DNA of 64,000 nt from Thalia democratica. Lineage: Eukaryota. The stretch spans positions 25,668,001-25,732,000 of the forward strand of contig OZ241834.1 in assembly GCA_965202585.1 (NCBI GenBank), given 5' to 3'. The notes beneath the pieces were generated by a model that made no database searches, was not told where the DNA came from, and was given only the letters and a program-made list of their open reading frames with translations. The position numbers were made by a program, and so were the translations under genes. Shown one piece after another: positions 11,419-27,600 of this stretch (the first letter of the stretch is position 1; each line of letters opens with the position of its first letter).

Positions 11419-14400
11419 GAATGAATATTAAAGCGACCAAAACGATACTTGCAAGAGTTACTGACTGTGACGAATTGACTGTTGAGCAGTTATGCTTTGC
11501 AAGGTACCTTTTACTTCTTAATATAAGCATTAGCATGTTTGTTTAAGACATATATGCTTATAAAAACTTAGTTGTCTTATTACGAATGTTGAAAAAGTTC
11601 CAGTAAGAAAGAAACCATATCTAACTTGTTCTTAAAGTAATTTTTTTAAAAGCATTAGTTTGAAAAGTCCAGAAATAACAGCCTGTACCTTACAGCACAC
11701 CTCTAAATACATTAAGAAAAACATAAATGAAACAAAACATGTTAACACACTTCCGACTGAGTTTTCCTTTGCCGCTCACCTAAAGTAATAAAATTTTAAC
11801 AAAGCTCGAGGTTTTTTTTACCTCAAACTTAAACAAAACTTCTTTATTTTGATTTGATGGAGTTTTGTTAATCGTAAGTTCTATCAAGTATGTTCAAGTT
11901 AATTACAGTTTAAACTAATGCGTAAAAAGTAATTCCAAAAGAATAAAAGAGTTCATTTTGTTTAGCTTTACTAGTTATGATTACTCATAAGCAATGTACT
12001 CAAAACTTTTATTAAACAGACAACTAGATAACTTTGTTCTTGCACATACTAGTAACTTACCTTACAACAAAGTTTTCCAAAAAACCTTTCAAAAACGTGC
12101 TGTACAGTAAGTATGATGATACTTGTTTGAAAGTTGTAAACTACATTTAAACACAAATTTTATTTTTCAGTGTATATGAAAAACTAGTTTAACAGGTAAG
12201 TAGTTTAACATTCAATTAGTGTTTCAAACAACTGTTCAAGCTGTTATACAGTTTAAAAAATAACTGATGCAATTTTGCTCGTTAAACTTAAACCTTGATC
12301 AAACTAAGAACTTTAACTTTGCAGATTTCAACCGAATAAAGTGTGCTGATAAAAGCGAACAAATGGATTTGGTTGTAAATTTTTCAAACAAAATAAAGTT
12401 AATTAAATTCAAAGAAGTAAATAAGTCGGAAAAGCTTATGAACACTAGCACTAAATTTGAACTTAAACAAAAGCTGATATCTTTTGGGTGAAAAATTTTA
12501 CGTAAAAAAAGAGGTTGGTTTATTTTTTAAGCAGCGTTATACACAAAATAAAATCGAGTAAGAAAGTCGAAATGAAAAAGTTTTGAAATAAGATTGACAA
12601 ACTTAGTGTTTGAATAAAGCTTTGTTTACAATCAGCACTCATAACCTTTCAATCTATCTTTGAAACTTTTTAAGTGGAAAATAATGCAATTAAGTTTTTT
12701 TTTCAAACTTTGTTTTGTCACTTCACATAAATTTAAAGTCAGTCGAAACAACATAGAACAACTTACTACTTTCTTGACACATATTTTGAAACAACAACAG
12801 TACTGTCTTTTAAAGTTTACGATTGAAGTATTTACCAAGTTAAACATGTGTTTTAACTGCTTTACTGCTAATAGTAATTTCCTAGTTTACTCAACCTAGA
12901 TTAATCATAATGTTCTGTACTATTGATTTCATTGACTAAATGTTTTGCTTTTCAAAGTTCGTAACTAGTTATCTCTAACTCACTGTTAATGTAGCTCAGA
13001 ACACAACTTAGGCTAAGTTACATTTTATTCTCGGATGTCGTTAAGAACATAGCTGTTGTAGCAATAACATATAAACTTGAAACAAAGTAACTGTTATCTT
13101 ATTCAATTATAGACCATATAAAACAAAGTCTTTGCTTGATTCAAAGCTTTACATTGTCGTTTGCCTATTATGGAACTTGTACTATCACATAATAAGCTGT
13201 GAAAAAATGAAGGTTAAAAAAGTTTTGGTTTTGCTTTGTTCAATTTTTTCTTCTTCTTTAGATTTATAAAACTACACAGCTTAAAGCATAATTTTAGTTT
13301 TCTTATGTATAGCGTACATAAGAGTAACAAACAAGTAACTTTTTTACTTCTTTTCTTTGTATCATGCTTCAGCTAATCAAATGGTTTATTTCATATGCTT
13401 GACAAGATCAGAAAGCTTAAATCAACTAAGTAGATGTAAGCTTTGTAAAATAAAAGATTTATTTATACAAGTTCATCATTTTATTAAGGTATTTTGTTGT
13501 GTAAATTGTGTACTTGTTAATAGTGTTCTCTTTCTTTTGAACAATCGATGTTGTTTACATTTATGTGTTACATCAGTTTTGAATTGTAAAGCATGTTTCA
13601 GTTGTAGTTTAATTGTAATTGAAAAGTATTTTTAAAGGACATTAAACATTTTAAAACGTTTTCAGTTAATAAGTCAAAGTTTTATTTCTATTTCAGTTTA
13701 AGCGTACTATTTTCATTGAAAAATATAACTAGTTTTTACAGTGACGTAGGCACAGCTTTTTTAAATAAACTAAAAAACAAATGAAATATTGAATTAAAAA
13801 ATTTCCACAAAGTAAGCATGAATGAGAATAAGTTTTGTTTTGAAAAGAAAGTTAAAAGGAAAAAGTCTACGAAAAAGACACTCAAGTTAGTTAAAGCTTT
13901 TCACTAAGCACTCATTAATAGTAAGCAATAAAGTAAGGATTAGAGCAGTTATCTAGCTAGAGTTCCCTTCTGAACAGTTGCATAAAAAAGTAAAGTAGAG
14001 AAATTGTAACAAGCTAGGTATTTAATAAATAATGGGTTTATAGTTTGGAGGGAAATAGTTTTTTGATTCTTTTTCACCACAAAGTTGATTAAGTGTGTGT
14101 ATTTGTGTTGTTGAGTTTAGTAGTCATTAGTAGCTTGTGTAATTAATTGGTGATCCACCTAATCTTTAGATTCAAAAAGTACATAGCTTAAAACAAACAA
14201 GTATAGTCGTTTAAGTTACAAAAAATGGTAACAAGCTGTTCTTTTTTACCTTTGAACCATTTCGTAATTTGTCATAGCCACAGAAAAAAATGAGTTCAAC
14301 AAAACAAGTATGATCTTTGTAAAGAGAAAGATTATTTCAATTGTATGTTTGTTTTAAACAATCACTGTTGTTTACATTTATTTGATTGTTCAACTTTTAA

Positions 14401-15298
14401 ACAGATCTTTATTGTTTCATTCGCATTCTGATAAATAAGACTAATACACTTTTGACAATCAAACCTCCGTTAAATAACTACCATTGAGTATTTTTAATAT
14501 CAATGCAAAGTAAAGTTTAATATAAGTCTCATTTAATATAATGTCTTATTTAAGCATAAATTTTTATGTAGTGACAGATCATTGTTTTTTTAATTAAACT
14601 AACAACAAATATCTATTGAGTGTTTTTAAATCAAGTCTACAAAACAAAACGAATAAGAATGAGTTTTGTTTAAACAATAAGTTAATTGTATTAATAAGTA
14701 ATGTAAGTAATTGTAATAAGTAATGTATTCGTAACTTTTTTAAACGTGTTACATGTCTTCAATTGCAATTAAATTGATAAGAAGAACATGTTCAAAAAGT
14801 TAAAGCTCGGTTGTGTTACTAAAAATCAACAACAACTTAAAAATAAAGTCAAAACTAAGACTTTGCTGGTTATAAGTGATATACATTTTTGTTTAAAAAG
14901 ATGACACTTTTTTGTAAGCACTTATTTATTGAACTTTTTAACAGAACTTCAACAAATGAATAAAAGAAAGTCTTTTGTATAAAACGTATTCAGATGAAAA
15001 ATCTTACGGACAACATAATCAAGTTAGCTAAACCTCTTTTACAAAGCATTTGATTACAAGCACTACTACTGTTTTTATCATATTAGACTAATGCAATGCT
15101 TTTTATACAACATAACGAGTTACAAATTTATAAAGCATTTAAAACAATAAAAATAGTGTGTTTATTTAAGTATTTGAATTTTTTATTTACACAAATAAGA
15201 ACTTATTTGTACTAAGCTTATATTCTTGTACTTTAAGTAAGCATGAACAGCTGGTTCTATTCTAATGGTGGTCCTAAAAAGGACCGGTTGTTGAGCGT

Positions 15299-15658
15299 TT
15301 ATTTTGAGCTGGTGTATTTGGTAACAGCTTTAGTTCCTTCTGAAACTGCGTGCTTTGACAACTCGCCGGGGAGCAAGAGCCTGACAGCAGTTTGAATTTC
15401 GCGGCTGCTAACAGTTGACCTCTTGTTGTAATGAGCCAAACGTGAAGCCTCTGCTGCAATGCGCTCGAAGATGTCGTTGACAAATGAGTTCATGATTCCC
15501 ATTGCCTTGCTGGAAATTCCGGTGTCGGGGTGCACTTGCTTCAAAACTTTGTACACGTAGATGCCAAAGCTTTCTTTGTTCCTCCTCCTTCGCTTCTTCT
15601 TGCCGTCGACCGGAGCGGTCTTGGCTACTGACTTCTTCGCGCCTTTGGTTGCTGTCAT
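15299..15658 (-). CDS. H2B: Histone H2B, unit 3
   Basis: Protein identical to unit 1. Confidence 0.97.
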   Translation of the reverse strand: MTATKGAKKSVAKTAPVDGKKKRRRRNKESFGIYVYKVLKQVHPDTGISSKAMGIMNSFVNDIFERIAAEASRLAHYNKRSTVSSREIQTAVRLLLPGELSKHAVSEGTKAVTKYTSSK

Positions 15659-15829
15659 GATGATGTGTGGACTTCTGTCTCGGCGCCGGTTTATATGCTG
15701 TAAAATTATGCAAATTAGCATAGTTCCGTACGCGAACGATAGCTGGTTTCTCTCACTTCTCAATTCTCAATTCTCTCGTTTGTTGTAAATATTTTTGGTG
15801 GTCCTGAAAAGGACCTGGTTTTTTTTAAC

Positions 15830-16210
15830 TTAGGCTGACTTTTTTGAAGCGGTCTTCTTAGGCAATAGTACTGCCTGGATGTTTGGAAGAACACCACCTT
15901 GAGCAATTGTGACGCCTCCGAGAAGTTTGTTCAACTCTTCGTCGTTGCGAATAGCTAGTTGCAAATGGCGAGGAATGATCCTGCTTTTCTTGTTGTCACG
16001 AGCAGCGTTACCGGCAAGCTCGAGCACTTCTGCGCTCAAGTACTCGAGAACGGTAGCCAGATAAACTGGAGCACCAGCTCCGACTCTTTGGCTGTAGTTG
16101 CCGGTGCGCAACAGGCGGTGCACGCGACCGACTGGAAACTGCAGTCCCGCACGGGAAGACCTGCTCTTCGGCTTAGATTTGAGTTTTGATCCTTTACCAC
16201 GTCCTGACAT
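15830..16210 (-). CDS. H2A: Histone H2A, unit 3 (A53T)
   Basis: Translation. Confidence 0.97.
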   Translation of the reverse strand: MSGRGKGSKLKSKPKSRSSRAGLQFPVGRVHRLLRTGNYSQRVGAGAPVYLATVLEYLSAEVLELAGNAARDNKKSRIIPRHLQLAIRNDEELNKLLGGVTIAQGGVLPNIQAVLLPKKTASKKSA

Positions 16211-16394
16211 TTTGTTGTTCGAATGATTGTGATGATAGCTTGCACAGCTCAGTATAAAACTCATACCTAACCGCGTCGAACGAAAAAACTAATTTGCATA
16301 TGTCATAGCTAATGCTTAATCTTGTCAAAAAGTGTTGTAAAACTTTTATATTGAATTAGGTGGTCCTAAAAAGGACCAGGTTTGCCAAAAGCGA

Positions 16395-16742
<348 letters not shown>

Positions 16743-16895
16743 TTATATACAAGCTGTTACGGACGCGTACGGTTACTACTAACTAATTTGCATACTCAAA
16801 AAAGTCTCTTAACTTACATTTTTTTTGTTTGGTTAAGTTTTTCTCACTGTCAAAGCTTTAAGGTGGCCCTGAAAAGGACCGGTTTTAGCTAACGC

Positions 16896-17387
<492 letters not shown>

Positions 17388-17487
17388 CTAATTTGCATAT
17401 TTTCAACTTAGCATTGTTTTATGCATTTTGAGTTACGTTATATTTTGTTAGAGTGGTCCTGAAAAGGACCTTGGGTAAAAGAACAAC

Positions 17488-18051
17488 TTATTTTTTGCAG
17501 CTCTTCTTCTTGGATGCTTTTTTGGCTGCCGGCTTCTTCTTGGTTACTTTCTTCTTCTTGCTTGCAGCTTTTTTAGATGCTGCCTTCTTAGGAGCGCACT
17601 TTTTAGCAGGTCGCTTTTTGGCTGCTGGTTTTTTTGCAGCCTTCTTGGGAGCACACTTCTTTTTTGGTTTTTTAGCTGGGGCCTTCTTTGCTGCTGGCTT
17701 TTTAGCTACTTTCTTTGTCCTCTTCTTGGGCCCAGCAGCTGGCATTGGAGCAAGCTTGAACGAGCCAGAAGCGCCTTTTCCAGTTGTCTGGAGAAAAGCA
17801 CCTTTGGTCACGCCGCTGGTAAGTGCTCTCTTCAAGTGAGAATTGGAAGCTGTGAGGTCAAGCTTGTAGGTGTCCGCGATAAACTTTTGTATCTTCTGGC
17901 GGGATGTACCTTTTCGTTCCTTCATTGCTCCAAGGGCGGAGCTAATCATTTCCCTGTAAGTAGGGTGCTCTGCCTTCTTGGCGCTTGGTCTCTTGGAAGA
18001 CCTGGCTGCGGCTGGCGCTGGTACTGCTGCTACTGCTGTGGTAGACATCAT
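17488..18051 (-). CDS. H1: Histone H1, unit 3
   Basis: Protein identical to unit 1. Confidence 0.95.
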   Translation of the reverse strand: MMSTTAVAAVPAPAAARSSKRPSAKKAEHPTYREMISSALGAMKERKGTSRQKIQKFIADTYKLDLTASNSHLKRALTSGVTKGAFLQTTGKGASGSFKLAPMPAAGPKKRTKKVAKKPAAKKAPAKKPKKKCAPKKAAKKPAAKKRPAKKCAPKKAASKKAASKKKKVTKKKPAAKKASKKKSCKK

Positions 18052-21000
18052 GAATGAATATTAAAGCGACCAAAACGATACTTGCAAGAGTTACTGACTG
18101 TGACGAATTGACTGTTGAGCAGTTATGCTTTGCAAGGTACCTTTTACTTCTTAATATAAGCATTAGCATGTTTGTTTAAGACATATATGCTTATAAAAAC
18201 TTAGTTGTCTTATTACGAATGTTGAAAAAGTTCCAGTAAGAAAGAAACCATATCTAACTTGTTCTTAAAGTAATTTTTTTAAAAGCATTAGTTTGAAAAG
18301 TCCAGAAATAACAGCCTGTACCTTACAGCACACCTCTAAATACATTAAGAAAAACATAAATGAAACAAAACATGTTAACACACTTCCGACTGAGTTTTCC
18401 TTTGCCGCTCACCTAAAGTAATAAAATTTTAACAAAGCTCGAGGTTTTTTTTACCTCAAACTTAAACAAAACTTCTTTATTTTGATTTGATGGAGTTTTG
18501 TTAATCGTAAGTTCTATCAAGTATGTTCAAGTTAATTACAGTTTAAACTAATGCGTAAAAAGTAATTCCAAAAGAATAAAAGAGTTCATTTTGTTTAGCT
18601 TTACTAGTTATGATTACTCATAAGCAATGTACTCAAAACTTTTATTAAACAGACAACTAGATAACTTTGTTCTTGCACATACTAGTAACTTACCTTACAA
18701 CAAAGTTTTCCAAAAAACCTTTCAAAAACGTGCTGTACAGTAAGTATGATGATACTTGTTTGAAAGTTGTAAACTACATTTAAACACAAATTTTATTTTT
18801 CAGTGTATATGAAAAACTAGTTTAACAGGTAAGTAGTTTAACATTCAATTAGTGTTTCAAACAACTGTTCAAGCTGTTATACAGTTTAAAAAATAACTGA
18901 TGCAATTTTGCTCGTTAAACTTTAACCTTGATCAAACTAAGAACTTTAACTTTGCAGATTTCAACCGAATAAAGTGTGCTGATAAAAGCGAACAAATGGA
19001 TTTGGTTGTAAATTTTTCAAACAAAATAAAGTTAATTAAATTCAAAGAAGTAAATAAGTCGGAAAAGCTTATGAACACTAGCACTAAATTTGAACTTAAA
19101 CAAAAGCTGATATCTTTTGGGTGAAAAATTTTACGTAAAAAAAGAGGTTGGTTTATTTTTTAAGCAGCGTTATACACAAAATAAAATCGAGTAAGAAAGT
19201 CGAAATGAAAAAGTTTTGAAATAAGATTGACAAACTTAGTGTTTGAATAAAGCTTTGTTTACAATCAGCACTCATAACCTTTCAATCTATCTTTGAAACT
19301 TTTTAAGTGGAAAATAATGCAATTAAGTTTTTTTTTCAAACTTTGTTTTGTCACTTCACATAAATTTAAAGTCAGTCGAAACAACATAGAACAACTTACT
19401 ACTTTCTTGACACATATTTTGAAACAACAACAGTACTGTCTTTTAAAGTTTACGATTGAAGTATTTACCAAGTTAAACATGTGTTTTAACTGCTTTACTG
19501 CTAATAGTAATTTCCTAGTTTACTCAACCTAGATTAATCATAATGTTCTGTACTATTGATTTCATTGACTAAATGTTTTGCTTTTCAAAGTTCGTAACTA
19601 GTTATCTCTAACTCACTGTTAATGTAGCTCAGAACACAACTTAGGCTAAGTTACATTTTATTCTCGGATGTCGTTAAGAACATAGCTGTTGTAGCAATAA
19701 CATATAAACTTGAAACAAAGTAACTGTTATCTTATTCAATTATAGACCATATAAAACAAAGTCTTTGCTTGATTCAAAGCTTTACATTGTCGTTTGCCTA
19801 TTATGGAACTTGTACTATCACATAATAAGCTGTGAAAAAATGAAGGTTAAAAAAGTTTTGGTTTTGCTTTGTTCAATTTTTTCTTCTTCTTTAGATTTAT
19901 AAAACTACACAGCTTAAAGCATAATTTTAGTTTTCTTATGTATAGCGTACATAAGAGTAACAAACAAGTAAGTTTTTTACTTCTTTTCTTTGTATCATGC
20001 TTCAGCTAATCAAATGGTTTATTTCATATGCTTGACAAGATCAGAAAGCTTAAATCAACTAAGTAGATGTAAGCTTTGTAAAATAAAAGATTTATTTATA
20101 CAAGTTCATCATTTTATTAAGGTATTTTGTTGTGTAAATTGTGTACTTGTTAATAGTGTTCTCTTTCTTTTGAACAATCGATGTTGTTTACATTTATGTG
20201 TTACATCAGTTTTGAATTGTAAAGCATGTTTCAGTTGTAGTTTAATTGTAATTGAAAAGTATTTTTAAAGGACATTAAACATTTTAAAACGTTTTCAGTT
20301 AATAAGTCAAAGTTTTATTTCTATTTCAGTTTAAGCGTACTATTTTCATTGAAAAATATAACTAGTTTTTACAGTGACGTAGGCACAGCTTTTTTAAATA
20401 AACTAAAAAACAAATGAAATATTGAATTAAAAAATTTCCACAAAGTAAGCATGAATGAGAATAAGTTTTGTTTTGAAAAGAAAGTTAAAAGGAAAAAGTC
20501 TACGAAAAAGACACTCAAGTTAGTTAAAGCTTTTCACTAAGCACTCATTAATAGTAAGCAATAAAGTAAGGATTAGAGCAGTTATCTAGCTAGAGTTCCC
20601 TTCTGAACAGTTGCATAAAAAAGTAAAGTAGAGAAATTGTAACAAGCTAGGTATTTAATAAATAATGGGTTTATAGTTTGGAGGGAAATAGTTTTTTGAT
20701 TCTTTTTCACCACAAAGTTGATTAAGTGTGTGTATTTGTGTTGTTGAGTTTAGTAGTCATTAGTAGCTTGTGTAATTAATTGGTGATCCACCTAATCTTT
20801 AGATTCAAAAAGTACATAGCTTAAAACAAACAAGTATAGTCGTTTAAGTTACAAAAAATGGTAACAAGCTGTTCTTTTTTACCTTTGAACCATTTCGTAA
20901 TTTGTCATAGCCACAGAAAAAAATGAGTTCAACAAAACAAGTATGATCTTTGTAAAGAGAAAGATTATTTCAATTGTATGTTTGTTTTAAACAATCACTG

Positions 21001-21931
21001 TTGTTTACATTTATTTGATTGTTCAACTTTTAAACAGATCTTTATTGTTTCATTCGCATTCTGATAAATAAGACTAATACACTTTTGACAATCAAACCTC
21101 CGTTAAATAACTACCATTGAGTATTTTTAATATCAATGCAAAGTAAAGTTTAATATAAGTCTCATTTAATATAATGTCTTATTTAAGCATAAATTTTTAT
21201 GTAGTGACAGATCATTGTTTTTTTAATTAAACTAACAACAAATATCTATTGAGTGTTTTTAAATCAAGTCTACAAAACAAAACGAATAAGAATGAGTTTT
21301 GTTTAAACAATAAGTTAATTGTATTAATAAGTAATGTAAGTAATTGTAATAAGTAATGTATTCGTAACTTTTTTAAACGTGTTACATGTCTTCAATTGCA
21401 ATTAAATTGATAAGAAGAACATGTTCAAAAAGTTAAAGCTCGGTTGTGTTACTAAAAATCAACAACAACTTAAAAATAAAGTCAAAACTAAGACTTTGCT
21501 GGTTATAAGTGATATACATTTTTGTTTAAAAAGATGACACTTTTTTGTAAGCACTTATTTATTGAACTTTTTAACAGAACTTCAACAAATGAATAAAAGA
21601 AAGTCTTTTGTATAAAACGTATTCAGATGAAAAATCTTACGGACAACATAATCAAGTTAGCTAAACCTCTTTTACAAAGCATTTGATTACAAGCACTACT
21701 ACTGTTTTTATCATATTAGACTAATGCAATGCTTTTTATACAACATAACGAGTTACAAATTTATAAAGCATTTAAAACAATAAAAATAGTGTGTTTATTT
21801 AAGTATTTGAATTTTTTATTTACACAAATAAGAACTTATTTGTACTAAGCTTATATTCTTGTACTTTAAGTAAGCATGAACAGCTGGTTCTATTCTAATG
21901 GTGGTCCTAAAAAGGACCGGTTGTTGAGCGT

Positions 21932-22291
21932 TTATTTTGAGCTGGTGTATTTGGTAACAGCTTTAGTTCCTTCTGAAACTGCGTGCTTTGACAACTCGCC
22001 GGGGAGCAAGAGCCTGACAGCAGTTTGAATTTCGCGGCTGCTAACAGTTGACCTCTTGTTGTAATGAGCCAAACGTGAAGCCTCTGCTGCAATGCGCTCG
22101 AAGATGTCGTTGACAAATGAGTTCATGATTCCCATTGCCTTGCTGGAAATTCCGGTGTCGGGGTGCACTTGCTTCAAAACTTTGTACACGTAGATGCCAA
22201 AGCTTTCTTTGTTCCTCCTCCTTCGCTTCTTCTTGCCGTCGACCGGAGCGGTCTTGGCTACTGACTTCTTCGCGCCTTTGGTTGCTGTCAT
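21932..22291 (-). CDS. H2B: Histone H2B, unit 4
   Basis: Protein identical to unit 1. Confidence 0.97.
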   Translation of the reverse strand: MTATKGAKKSVAKTAPVDGKKKRRRRNKESFGIYVYKVLKQVHPDTGISSKAMGIMNSFVNDIFERIAAEASRLAHYNKRSTVSSREIQTAVRLLLPGELSKHAVSEGTKAVTKYTSSK

Positions 22292-22462
22292 GATGATGTG
22301 TGGACTTCTGTCTCGGCGCCGGTTTATATGCTGTAAAATTATGCAAATTAGCATAGTTCCGTACGCGAACGATAGCTGGTTTCTCTCACTTCTCAATTCT
22401 CAATTCTCTCGTTTGTTGTAAATATTTTTGGTGGTCCTGAAAAGGACCTGGTTTTTTTTAAC

Positions 22463-22843
22463 TTAGGCTGACTTTTTTGAAGCGGTCTTCTTAGGCAATA
22501 GTACTGCCTGGATGTTTGGAAGAACACCACCTTGAGCAATTGTGACGCCTCCGAGAAGTTTGTTCAACTCTTCGTCGTTGCGAATAGCTAGTTGCAAATG
22601 GCGAGGAATGATCCTGCTTTTCTTGTTGTCACGAGCAGCGTTACCGGCAAGCTCGAGCACTTCTGCGCTCAAGTACTCGAGAACGGTAGCCAGATAAACT
22701 GGAGCACCAGCTCCGACTCTTTGGCTGTAGTTGCCGGTGCGCAACAGGCGGTGCACGCGACCGACTGGAAACTGCAGTCCCGCACGGGAAGACCTGCTCT
22801 TCGGCTTAGATTTGAGTTTTGATCCTTTACCACGTCCTGACAT
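22463..22843 (-). CDS. H2A: Histone H2A, unit 4 (A53T)
   Basis: Translation. Confidence 0.97.
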   Translation of the reverse strand: MSGRGKGSKLKSKPKSRSSRAGLQFPVGRVHRLLRTGNYSQRVGAGAPVYLATVLEYLSAEVLELAGNAARDNKKSRIIPRHLQLAIRNDEELNKLLGGVTIAQGGVLPNIQAVLLPKKTASKKSA

Positions 22844-23027
22844 TTTGTTGTTCGAATGATTGTGATGATAGCTTGCACAGCTCAGTATAAAACTCATACC
22901 TAACCGCGTCGAACGAAAAAACTAATTTGCATATGTCATAGCTAATGCTTAATCTTGTCAAAAAGTGTTGTAAAACTTTTATATTGAATTAGGTGGTCCT
23001 AAAAAGGACCAGGTTTGCCAAAAGCGA

Positions 23028-23375
<348 letters not shown>

Positions 23376-23528
23376 TTATATACAAGCTGTTACGGACGCG
23401 TACGGTTACTACTAACTAATTTGCATACTCAAAAAAGTCTCTTAACTTACATTTTTTTTGTTTGGTTAAGTTTTTCTCACTGTCAAAGCTTTAAGGTGGC
23501 CCTGAAAAGGACCGGTTTTAGCTAACGC

Positions 23529-24020
<492 letters not shown>

Positions 24021-24120
24021 CTAATTTGCATATTTTCAACTTAGCATTGTTTTATGCATTTTGAGTTACGTTATATTTTGTTAGAGTGGTCCTGAAAAGG
24101 ACCTTGGGTAAAAGAACAAC

Positions 24121-24684
24121 TTATTTTTTGCAGCTCTTCTTCTTGGATGCTTTTTTGGCTGCCGGCTTCTTCTTGGTTACTTTCTTCTTCTTGCTTGCAG
24201 CTTTTTTAGATGCTGCCTTCTTAGGAGCGCACTTTTTAGCAGGTCGCTTTTTGGCTGCTGGTTTTTTTGCAGCCTTCTTGGGAGCACACTTCTTTTTTGG
24301 TTTTTTAGCTGGGGCCTTCTTTGCTGCTGGCTTTTTAGCTACTTTCTTTGTCCTCTTCTTGGGCCCAGCAGCTGGCATTGGAGCAAGCTTGAACGAGCCA
24401 GAAGCGCCTTTTCCAGTTGTCTGGAGAAAAGCACCTTTGGTCACGCCGCTGGTAAGTGCTCTCTTCAAGTGAGAATTGGAAGCTGTGAGGTCAAGCTTGT
24501 AGGTGTCCGCGATAAACTTTTGTATCTTCTGGCGGGATGTACCTTTTCGTTCCTTCATTGCTCCAAGGGCGGAGCTAATCATTTCCCTGTAAGTAGGGTG
24601 CTCTGCCTTCTTGGCGCTTGGTCTCTTGGAAGACCTGGCTGCGGCTGGCGCTGGTACTGCTGCTACTGCTGTGGTAGACATCAT
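24121..24684 (-). CDS. H1: Histone H1, unit 4
   Basis: Protein identical to unit 1. Confidence 0.95.
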   Translation of the reverse strand: MMSTTAVAAVPAPAAARSSKRPSAKKAEHPTYREMISSALGAMKERKGTSRQKIQKFIADTYKLDLTASNSHLKRALTSGVTKGAFLQTTGKGASGSFKLAPMPAAGPKKRTKKVAKKPAAKKAPAKKPKKKCAPKKAAKKPAAKKRPAKKCAPKKAASKKAASKKKKVTKKKPAAKKASKKKSCKK

Positions 24685-27600
24685 GAATGAATATTAAAGC
24701 GACCAAAACGATACTTGCAAGAGTTACTGACTGTGACGAATTGACTGTTGAGCAGTTATGCTTTGCAAGGTACCTTTTACTTCTTAATATAAGCATTAGC
24801 ATGTTTGTTTAAGACATATATGCTTATAAAAACTTAGTTGTCTTATTACGAATGTTGAAAAAGTTCCAGTAAGAAAGAAACCATATCTAACTTGTTCTTA
24901 AAGTAATTTTTTTAAAAGCATTAGTTTGAAAAGTCCAGAAATAACAGCCTGTACCTTACAGCACACCTCTAAATACATTAAGAAAAACATAAATGAAACA
25001 AAACATGTTAACACACTTCCGACTGAGTTTTCCTTTGCCGCTCACCTAAAGTAATAAAATTTTAACAAAGCTCGAGGTTTTTTTTACCTCAAACTTAAAC
25101 AAAACTTCTTTATTTTGATTTGATGGAGTTTTGTTAATCGTAAGTTCTATCAAGTATGTTCAAGTTAATTACAGTTTAAACTAATGCGTAAAAAGTAATT
25201 CCAAAAGAATAAAAGAGTTCATTTTGTTTAGCTTTACTAGTTATGATTACTCATAAGCAATGTACTCAAAACTTTTATTAAACAGACAACTAGATAACTT
25301 TGTTCTTGCACATACTAGTAACTTACCTTACAACAAAGTTTTCCAAAAAACCTTTCAAAAACGTGCTGTACAGTAAGTATGATGATACTTGTTTGAAAGT
25401 TGTAAACTACATTTAAACACAAATTTTATTTTTCAGTGTATATGAAAAACTAGTTTAACAGGTAAGTAGTTTAACATTCAATTAGTGTTTCAAACAACTG
25501 TTCAAGCTGTTATACAGTTTAAAAAATAACTGATGCAATTTTGCTCGTTAAACTTTAACCTTGATCAAACTAAGAACTTTAACTTTGCAGATTTCAACCG
25601 AATAAAGTGTGCTGATAAAAGCGAACAAATGGATTTGGTTGTAAATTTTTCAAACAAAATAAAGTTAATTAAATTCAAAGAAGTAAATAAGTCGGAAAAG
25701 CTTATGAACACTAGCACTAAATTTGAACTTAAACAAAAGCTGATATCTTTTGGGTGAAAAATTTTACGTAAAAAAAGAGGTTGGTTTATTTTTTAAGCAG
25801 CGTTATACACAAAATAAAATCGAGTAAGAAAGTCGAAATGAAAAAGTTTTGAAATAAGATTGACAAACTTAGTGTTTGAATAAAGCTTTGTTTACAATCA
25901 GCACTCATAACCTTTCAATCTATCTTTGAAACTTTTTAAGTGGAAAATAATGCAATTAAGTTTTTTTTTCAAACTTTGTTTTGTCACTTCACATAAATTT
26001 AAAGTCAGTCGAAACAACATAGAACAACTTACTACTTTCTTGACACATATTTTGAAACAACAACAGTACTGTCTTTTAAAGTTTACGATTGAAGTATTTA
26101 CCAAGTTAAACATGTGTTTTAACTGCTTTACTGCTAATAGTAATTTCCTAGTTTACTCAACCTAGATTAATCATAATGTTCTGTACTATTGATTTCATTG
26201 ACTAAATGTTTTGCTTTTCAAAGTTCGTAACTAGTTATCTCTAACTCACTGTTAATGTAGCTCAGAACACAACTTAGGCTAAGTTACATTTTATTCTCGG
26301 ATGTCGTTAAGAACATAGCTGTTGTAGCAATAACATATAAACTTGAAACAAAGTAACTGTTATCTTATTCAATTATAGACCATATAAAACAAAGTCTTTG
26401 CTTGATTCAAAGCTTTACATTGTCGTTTGCCTATTATGGAACTTGTACTATCACATAATAAGCTGTGAAAAAATGAAGGTTAAAAAAGTTTTGGTTTTGC
26501 TTTGTTCAATTTTTTCTTCTTCTTTAGATTTATAAAACTACACAGCTTAAAGCATAATTTTAGTTTTCTTATGTATAGCGTACATAAGAGTAACAAACAA
26601 GTAAGTTTTTTACTTCTTTTCTTTGTATCATGCTTCAGCTAATCAAATGGTTTATTTCATATGCTTGACAAGATCAGAAAGCTTAAATCAACTAAGTAGA
26701 TGTAAGCTTTGTAAAATAAAAGATTTATTTATACAAGTTCATCATTTTATTAAGGTATTTTGTTGTGTAAATTGTGTACTTGTTAATAGTGTTCTCTTTC
26801 TTTTGAACAATCGATGTTGTTTACATTTATGTGTTACATCAGTTTTGAATTGTAAAGCATGTTTCAGTTGTAGTTTAATTGTAATTGAAAAGTATTTTTA
26901 AAGGACATTAAACATTTTAAAACGTTTTCAGTTAATAAGTCAAAGTTTTATTTCTATTTCAGTTTAAGCGTACTATTTTCATTGAAAAATATAACTAGTT
27001 TTTACAGTGACGTAGGCACAGCTTTTTTAAATAAACTAAAAAACAAATGAAATATTGAATTAAAAAATTTCCACAAAGTAAGCATGAATGAGAATAAGTT
27101 TTGTTTTGAAAAGAAAGTTAAAAGGAAAAAGTCTACGAAAAAGACACTCAAGTTAGTTAAAGCTTTTCACTAAGCACTCATTAATAGTAAGCAATAAAGT
27201 AAGGATTAGAGCAGTTATCTAGCTAGAGTTCCCTTCTGAACAGTTGCATAAAAAAGTAAAGTAGAGAAATTGTAACAAGCTAGGTATTTAATAAATAATG
27301 GGTTTATAGTTTGGAGGGAAATAGTTTTTTGATTCTTTTTCACCACAAAGTTGATTAAGTGTGTGTATTTGTGTTGTTGAGTTTAGTAGTCATTAGTAGC
27401 TTGTGTAATTAATTGGTGATCCACCTAATCTTTAGATTCAAAAAGTACATAGCTTAAAACAAACAAGTATAGTCGTTTAAGTTACAAAAAATGGTAACAA
27501 GCTGTTCTTTTTTACCTTTGAACCATTTCGTAATTTGTCATAGCCACAGAAAAAAATGAGTTCAACAAAACAAGTATGATCTTTGTAAAGAGAAAGATTA